From the NCBI GenBank assembly GCA_965198115.1, contig OZ240241.1, positions 7,680,001 to 7,744,000 on the forward strand: 64,000 nt of DNA, read 5' to 3'. The first letter of the stretch is position 1, and each line of letters starts with the position of its first letter. The notes under the pieces were generated by a model. That model searched no databases. It was given only the letters and a program-made list of their open reading frames with translations, and was not told the DNA's origin. Made by a program: the position numbers and the translations under genes. Shown here one piece after another: positions 57,460 to 64,000 of this stretch. The DNA is from Candidatus Latescibacterota bacterium. Its GTDB lineage: Bacteria > Latescibacterota > UBA2968.

Positions 57460-57567
57460 GAGCTCAGGTCAATTGGTGTGTAAAAGAAATCAGGCGGCCA
57501 TCTTCCCGGCTTCGACCTGCGGTCCGGTTGAGTGTTTCTGATCGTAGACTTGTTGTAGCAAGTGTGG
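57460..57567 (-). mobile_element. IS256 type B terminal fragment
   Basis: Matches 16933-17040. Confidence 0.9.
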
Positions 57568-57901
57568 AAGCCCGCCGTCCGGCCCGGCCGCGCCCAGCGG
57601 TCCGCGGGCGTCGCATCCGAGCGGATGCGCGCCAGCCGAACCACCAAGCCGGTTGAGGAAGCTCAGCGCCATCTCGCGCTCCATGCCGCGCCGTAGCTCC
57701 CGGCCCTCGACGCCCGGCTCGCGCGCCGCCGCGATCCGTTCCTCGACGTGCTCGACCACGTGCACCGCCGCCGTCCGCCCGAACCGGGATCGACCGCCCG
57801 AACCCGGACACTGTTGTCCCATTTTCGAACAGTACGCAAAAAGGCCCACCGCTATCTATGGGTGGGCCTATCCTCTAATCGGGCTGCGGCGTCCTCTGAG
57901 C

Positions 57902-58545
57902 TCAGCCCGTTGCTTCGTCTCGGTCTACCCAGCCGTCGAGAAGGTGTATGATCCGTCTTCCATAGCCCGCGTTCTTCTCCGAGTGCGTACACTGAATAAT
58001 CGTGACGCCTTCCTTGTTGAGTTCGGTGAACCGCTCCATGATATCCGTACCTTGCTCGGAGTTGAGGTTGTCCGTCGGCTCGTCGGCCAGGATCAACTTC
58101 GGCTTGATGATCAGCGCCCGTGGCGACCCCGACGAGCTGCTGCTGCCCACCCGAAAGCTGATTCGGAAAGAGATCCTTTTTTGCACCGAATCGATCGAGC
58201 ATCTCCGCCACACGCCCTCTCCGTTCGGCCCCCTTGACTTTCTGGTAGAGAAGGGGGGTCTCGAGATTCTCCGCGATCGTCTATTCGTCGATCAAGTGAT
58301 AGCTCTGGAACACGAATCCAATATGATCGCGATGCAGCTCTGTCCGTTTCCGTTCGTTCATTTTCTGAACGGGTTGATCGTAAAAGGTGTACGTCCCGTT
58401 GGAGGGCGTGTCGAGCATCCCCAGGATATGAAGCAACGTCGATTTGCCAGCCCCCGAGGGTCCCATAACGGACACGAACTCGCCTTCATCGATCTCCAGA
58501 TCGATCTCACGAAGCACGAACGTCTTGATGAACTTGTTCGAGTAG
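57902..58545 (-). pseudogene. ABC transporter ATP-binding protein (LolD/MacB type), frameshifted
   Basis: GPSGAGKST, FVFQSYHLI, LSGGQQQ, LADEPT across several frames. Confidence 0.85.
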
Positions 58546-58559
58546 TACTTTGCGGGAAG

Positions 58560-60063
58560 CCTCGACTACGAGTCCACCGCCACCGGACCTGGAGTCCGGC
58601 CCGATGGGCTCGACTGCCACGGACACGCGCCACAATCTCGACCGTATCGCCCGCGGCCGCCTCATGGCCCGGCGCCGGGGAAACGAAGTACCCCTTCAGG
58701 GTTTCGACCGCCCGGTCGAACCGCTTCCGCGCGGCATCGTCCGCCGTCGGGTCGTTCGGGTCCCACCAATTGCCCACCAAGTTCAGGACCTCGCGCCAGC
58801 CGACGAAGACCACCGGGCCGGGTCCGGTCTTGCCGCTGTCCGGACGAAGGTCCGGGGCAATGCCTGGCTTGCCGTCCCACCGTGCGCCAAGACGGTATTC
58901 GAGACCGGTCACGATTCGGCCAGCCAACGACTGCTTGCCCGCAAGGAACCGCCGGGCTGACGCCGCCGAACCTTCGCCGGTCAAAGTCCACCGTTCCTTC
59001 GCCGCCAGTTGCCGCGCCCACAACGGGGGGCCGATCACGTATAGGCCGGACGCCGTGCTTTGCGCGTCCAGCAGCTCGACGGCGCGTCCGCCCGGGGTTG
59101 GGTCGTGCGGGTCGTAGACAATCAGGGCCCAGCGTCCAGCCACCCAGGCCCTCCGGAACCGCTCCTGGTCGCTTTCCTGTGGCCGCCGGAATTCGCCCGT
59201 GCGGGTCCGCGCCAGCAGCGCCGCGCCTTCGGTTTCGGTCAGGCAGATGGGCCGGTTCAGCGCGTAGGCCATCGTCACGATCATCGACAGGTCGCCCGCC
59301 AGGATCGGGGGCATTCCCTCCAGCGCGGTAAGGCGCATGTCGGGTCGAATCCGCGGCTTCAAGCCGCGAGGCCATTCGATGCCCATCTGTTCGCCGGGCT
59401 TCGGCTTCAGCATCCTCATCCGGGGCCGGTGGACGGCCGCCGCGTCCGGTATCCGTGCGGCCAGGGCCTCGCCATCGACCGTCGCCGCCTCGACGGTTCC
59501 GGCATCGTCCCAGGCCGTGCGGGCCAGGTCGGAAATCAGCGCCGGCCGCTTTACCATCGGGGAATCGCCCACGGTCGCGGTAACGATCGCGGCCGCGAGA
59601 CTGTCCGGCCGCTCCTGCCACGCCCGAACAATCGGGCTCAAAGGATGATGCCGGGGCCGTTCCGCTTCTTCTTGGGACGCGAGCCATGCGGCATGTACCG
59701 CTACGGTCTCATGGCCTTCGGCGATCCGGCCGGGGAGCCGCTCCAGTGACTCATCGGTGATGGGCTCCGGGTCGTTGATCCCATCCGCCGACGGCGCGCT
59801 TCGATGGACCGCCGTAGCCACGCGGATCAGACTCGAGAGCGACATGCTTTCGAACAGGTCGCGGGTCAGTGAAGCCGTCTCGCGCTTCGCCTCGTCCGGG
59901 CAGTTCGGCAGCCAGGCCGCCAGGGCCGTCTCGGTCGGGATTCGGTCCGGGGGGCAGGCCGCGCCATCGTGCGCGTTCGCGTGCTCGATCCGCGCCACCG
60001 CCCGGATGATTTCTTCTCCCGTCCGGGCCGTCTTCCGCGCTTGAATCAGCTTCTCGCGGGTCA
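58560..60063 (-). CDS. Large orphan protein, 3' end fused to ABC fragment
   Basis: Long GC3-biased frame from MTREKLIQ; SD aggagg nearby; no family recognised. Confidence 0.5.
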
Positions 60064-60430
60064 TGGAATCGGTTCCCATTCCTCCTGTTCGTATTCCGTG
60101 GCCGCATCGGTCGGGCTCATGCCGAGCCACTGGGGATAACCGCCGAGCCACAGCGCCGCTCCGGCCAGTCCGTGGGACGCCTTCTCATTCCGCAGCCGGA
60201 CGGCCGATCGCGTGGACTCCCAGGGGATCGGGACCGCCCGCAGCTCCCACAGCGCCCGAACGGAATTGCGCCAGTCGGTCGCCTTCGATGGGTGCGAGAT
60301 CAGCAGGACCGCGCAACGGGCCGAACCGCCCAGGCGTCCAGCGCCGACACGAACGCCCGAATCCGCCGGTAGAACCTCCGGCACACGGCGGGCTGAAAGT
60401 GGGCGATGGCGATGGGGCTTCGGCCGGACT
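60061..60430 (-). pseudogene. RepA/AAA_25-like helicase C-terminal fragment
   Basis: CAVLLISHPSKA..DWRNSVRALWEL..EKASHG. Confidence 0.5.
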
Positions 60431-60734
60431 ACGTCACGATTCACACTGTCGTAGGGGAAGGTCAATTCGCCTGGCCGAAGGACCGCGCGAGGTACATTGT
60501 AGGTTCGAGTGGAAGCTTGAGGCCGTCGGGAACAAGCGCGGCGAGCAGTAGGACTGCGGGGTTAATCGATAGATAGACAGGGAGGGTCCGTGCCCGAAAA
60601 TCGGCCGACAGCAAGCCGTAGTCCAGCACATGCACCCCCTCGCCAGGCTCCAATGTATCTTACCCAGGTCTCGAAGCAGCGTGGAGAGTCTGCTGAGCCA
60701 GCTAGGCCGCAAAGACCAATGAACTACCAGTTCT

Positions 60735-61268
60735 TCAAGGGTCCTCTTCATGTTGATCAATCCAGATCCAGTCGAAGTCAAACGGCTTAAGGGAGTTGAT
60801 CGTGTACTGGACTCTCTTCGTGGTCGTGACGGTTTCTTGTTCCAGCGCGTCAGAGTACTCGACCACGTACTCTACGAAACCGGTGCGTGGCAGAGCGGAC
60901 ATATCGACATTTGGGATCGTTCCATACCAAAAGAGCGTTTCTTCTTCAGGATAGATTGACCCGCCGCGAGTAGCAAACTGTGGGTTGTCGATCGTTTGCC
61001 CTCCAAAGGTCAACCGTAGCGATTTCACTTCGTACCGAATCAGAACTTTTCCGGGGTTGCGAAAAATGAGTCCGATCTTGAGGCGTGTTTTCTCTAGCCC
61101 ATCGTTCTTGTCAGACGGCTCCACGAATACTTTGAAATGGAAGTTCTTGAAAGCAAAATGCGGTTGGGTTTCTAGCTCGAATGCTTTCTTGTTGAGTTGC
61201 CAAGTCGCGCCGGCAAGCACAACAGTGGCAACGGCCAGGAGACTTGTAGTCCATTTTGCGAAGTTCAT
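60735..61268 (-). CDS. Hypothetical protein with N-terminal membrane anchor
   Basis: LLAVATVVLAGATW then beta-rich domain; lower GC. Confidence 0.6.
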   Translation of the reverse strand: MNFAKWTTSLLAVATVVLAGATWQLNKKAFELETQPHFAFKNFHFKVFVEPSDKNDGLEKTRLKIGLIFRNPGKVLIRYEVKSLRLTFGGQTIDNPQFATRGGSIYPEEETLFWYGTIPNVDMSALPRTGFVEYVVEYSDALEQETVTTTKRVQYTINSLKPFDFDWIWIDQHEEDP

Positions 61269-61344
61269 TTCCTTGTCCCATTTTTCTGAGGAGCTGCCCT
61301 GGGTGAGTGAAGCACCGCGATTGAGCCGGCTATGGAGCCGAAGT

Positions 61345-61960
61345 CATGACCTCCGGCAAAGCCGGAGGCTTGAAAACTTGTGAACCGCTCAAAGCGGTTG
61401 AAACCAAGCGCCACCTAAAGGTGGCGATTACCTGAAAATGTTGAGCTGGTCGAGACCGGTCTTCCCGCTCCTGGTTCTGGATATACTCCCGAACCGTCTG
61501 TTCATCCTTGCCAACGGTGGAGACCCAGTAGCCTCTTGCCCAGAAATGCTGCCCGGTGAAGTTCGACCTGCGTCCCAGATAGTTCCGAGCAATGTGAATC
61601 GCACTCTTTCCTTTGATGAACCCTACCGTCTGAGCTACTGAGTGCTTCGGCGGGATCGAAATCAACATGTGCACATGGTCGGATCGCAGGTGACCCTCTT
61701 CCACACGGCATTCCTTCTGTGCGGCCAGATCACCTCGCCCAGATAGCGACGAATTTCACCATACAACACTCTTCTACGATACTTCGGAACCCAAACAACG
61801 TGATACTTGCACTCCCAAAACCGTGTGACGTAGACTCCTTACGTTGTTCATTAGAGAGCCTTCCGTGTGCTTTGAGCGGTCCACGGCAAGGGAGGCTCTT
61901 ACATATTTCTGGAACTGTCAAACTCTGGGAGTCTCCCCGGGCAGAGCCGGGGGCTTACCA
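61345..61960 (-). mobile_element. tnpA: IS200/IS605-family element, TnpA (Y1 HUH) frameshifted; no TnpB
   Basis: ECKYHVVWVPKYRR, DHVHMLISIPPK, FWARGY; subterminal hairpins cctccggcaaagccggagg and ccccgggcagagccgggg. Confidence 0.9.
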
Positions 61961-62095
61961 AGGTTTAGTTATTTTTCTTCGTAGCTTCTGGCGTTTGGGT
62001 GCCGGTGATCCGGTCGTCCCCCGCGCGATCGGAGAGACGGGGTCTGCCGCGAAGAACCTTGCGCGCATCGCGCATGCCTCCGTAAGGGCAACGGA

Positions 62096-63082
62096 ATGGT
62101 GAGAACGAGTGCCAAGCCAAAGAAAAGAAGACGCACATCGGGTCTGCCGATTGCCGTCCCAAAGGACGTGGCCTCGATCCGGCTGTTGATCGATACCGTT
62201 GCCCGGACGAACGAGTTGCCCCTTCCCAGTGTCGACTCTGTGCGCGTCAGGAAAGCCTTCTTCGAGCGAGAGGGCACCTGGCCACGAGAAAGGCGGGTGG
62301 AGGGCCTGGACCCGATCGACTGGGCCAGACGGTTGGTCGCCGCTGAGCTGTACGCGCGGGAAGAGGACGTGGTCGGCATCGCGAGGGGGTTGGGGGTTGA
62401 TGGGCCCGTCGTAAGGGACGACCTGGAGGTGATCTCGGTCTACCAGGTGCTCGCAGAGGGTGTTGGGCAAGCGCAGGCAGCACTCTCCCAGATAAGGAGG
62501 CGGTTTGAACGTCTCCAGGTGGCGGCTTTCGCCGACCTGCGTGAGGCCGGGAGCTTCCAGCTTCGGCGAAGAATCAGGACCGAAATCGGCCGTCGGGAGA
62601 TGAGGCTCTGTAAGATGCTCCAGAAGGTCGGTTTCTATGGCCGGGTCACCGCCGGCTTACGCGTGGGCGAGCCCGTTGCTGACGAACGCGCGATGGATGC
62701 CGTGAGGCATCTGCCAGATGAGGGGGGGCCCTATGTGGACCGAGGCCACATCGCCGCGATCCACCAGTTGGTGAATGCGGTCGTCCACCCGAATCAACTG
62801 TCTCTGTTCGGCGCGGGCTCTGTGCAGGCCCTGAAGATCCTGCGTGAGGGGAGGGGCACGTGGTCCGCTGGGAGGAAGGAGGAAGGGTCGGGTGAGCACG
62901 CGGCCGTGTGGGCCAGGCGGCTGCTGATCGGCACGCTCCTGGCCAAAGGAGGACGATCTTGCTCCAAGGTCGGCGGCCCGCCTATGGTTGAGGGTGTTCA
63001 GAGAACCAGGGGTGGCACAGCCTGCCCCACGAAGCTCGCGGTCCACGTCAGCGCTGTGCCCTCGGACTGTCCAACAAGGTAG
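62096..63082 (+). CDS. Orphan hypothetical protein
   Basis: 328-aa ORF, helical; contains QLSLF; 3' part may be out of frame. Confidence 0.4.
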   Translation: MVRTSAKPKKRRRTSGLPIAVPKDVASIRLLIDTVARTNELPLPSVDSVRVRKAFFEREGTWPRERRVEGLDPIDWARRLVAAELYAREEDVVGIARGLGVDGPVVRDDLEVISVYQVLAEGVGQAQAALSQIRRRFERLQVAAFADLREAGSFQLRRRIRTEIGRREMRLCKMLQKVGFYGRVTAGLRVGEPVADERAMDAVRHLPDEGGPYVDRGHIAAIHQLVNAVVHPNQLSLFGAGSVQALKILREGRGTWSAGRKEEGSGEHAAVWARRLLIGTLLAKGGRSCSKVGGPPMVEGVQRTRGGTACPTKLAVHVSAVPSDCPTR

Positions 63083-63107
63083 GACCACCCCACTCGGACT
63101 CCTCTAC

Positions 63108-64000
63108 GTGAAACCACTCTACGTTGCCTGCGTCGCGGCCATCGTCTTGGCCTCATGTGCCGATGAGACTGCCCCGACTTCCGTTTTGGAACCCGGCGAT
63201 GCCGCCGTGAAAGTTGGATTCCTGGTTTCGGGCGACCGGATCACCTATCCGAACGGAGCCAGGATTGCGGTGGACGAAGTCAACGAGCGCGGAGGGCTGC
63301 TGGGTCGCTCCGTCGAACTGGTCATCCAGATGGACCTGCAGGAGGCGGAGGCTGCGGTTCAGGCCGCAGAGACCATGATTCTCACCGATGAGGTCGTTGC
63401 CCTCATTGGCCCCAACCGCTCGTCGCACGCCATCGAGGTAGGGGCCGTGGCCCAGAGCCATGGCGTGCCGATGGTTACGACGGCGGCCACCAACCCAGCC
63501 GTGACTGAAGCTGGCGACCTTGTCTTCATGGCCGCGTTCACCGACCAGTTTCAAGGGCGAGTCATGGCGCAATTCGCCTCGGAGACCCTCGAGGTGACCG
63601 CAGCCGCTGTCCTGACGCAGCAGGGGGAAGTCTATAGCGAGGGGATCGGCGAGTTCTTCATCGACCATTTCGGCGGCCTTGGAGGGACGATCGTCGCCGA
63701 CGAGTCCTACGAGGGCGGTGCGACGGAGTTTACCGCTCAATTGGCGCGCATCGCGGCGGCTACTCCTGGGGCCATGTTTCTCCCGGGTCTGCCGGCAGAA
63801 GTCGCGCTCGTGACCACGCAGTCGCGTGCCCTGCCGCTGCAAGACGGTGCCGGGGAACCGACGCTCTTTCTCGGGGCGGATGCGTGGGACAATCCGACGC
63901 TGCTGGACAGTGACGAAGCCGCCATCGATGGCAGTTTCTTCAGCAGCCATTTTTCGCCGGACACGAACGAGCCAAGCGGACGCGCGTTTGTCGACACGTA
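63108..64000 (+). CDS. Branched-chain amino acid ABC substrate-binding lipoprotein (LivJ/K family), runs off window
   Basis: GTG start MKPLYVACVAAIVLAS-C; AVDEVNERGGLLGRSVELV, IGPNRS, ATNPAVT, FTDQFQG. Confidence 0.88.
   Translation, partial: MKPLYVACVAAIVLASCADETAPTSVLEPGDAAVKVGFLVSGDRITYPNGARIAVDEVNERGGLLGRSVELVIQMDLQEAEAAVQAAETMILTDEVVALIGPNRSSHAIEVGAVAQSHGVPMVTTAATNPAVTEAGDLVFMAAFTDQFQGRVMAQFASETLEVTAAAVLTQQGEVYSEGIGEFFIDHFGGLGGTIVADESYEGGATEFTAQLARIAAATPGAMFLPGLPAEVALVTTQSRALPLQDGAGEPTLFLGADAWDNPTLLDSDEAAIDGSFFSSHFSPDTNEPSGRAFVDT

Noticed and set aside
58358-60151. 597-aa ORF as a single real protein
   Set aside because: Its last ~65 codons run out of frame over the ABC ATPase fragment; junction near 58550
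61345-61960. TnpB/IscB RNA-guided system
   Set aside because: Only tnpA lies between the two hairpin ends; no RuvC ORF
1-64000. CRISPR array, cas genes, reverse transcriptase/retron, rRNA
   Set aside because: No regularly spaced repeat-spacer array or diagnostic motifs seen; long repeats are all IS copies

Overview
GC-rich bacterial window that is a dense mosaic of insertion sequences (IS3, IS21 remnants, three IS256-family types, IS1182, IS1380 remnants, two ISAzo13, ISL3, IS630, IS1595, IS200) set among short islands of metabolic genes and broken defence genes. Many single-base frameshifts and junctions without IS ends suggest long-read error or chimeric assembly, so pseudogene calls and long-range synteny need caution. 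A dockerin-like DFDxxGxVDFADFxxF repeat hints at Latescibacterota or relatives (inference only). Best candidate for an undescribed system: an intact IS1595 element (41877-43989, 25-bp TIRs, 8-bp TSD). Opposite its transposase it carries a sigma70-driven cargo unit: a winged-helix-like gene, a CCA-ending tRNA-like RNA with alanine identity elements, and a long fold-back RNA enclosing a 13-codon ORF with a strong SD. It also carries an uncalled 49-aa peptide that recurs in a second remnant at ~55.4 kb. Other highlights: a probable selenoprotein redoxin (UGA-H-L-C with a SECIS-like hairpin), a SNF2/DUF1156 methylase operon with a nested ABC-ATPase/TOPRIM pair, and a tRNA-Val 3' att-like fragment with tandem scars. 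All family assignments come from motif recognition by eye, not database searches.
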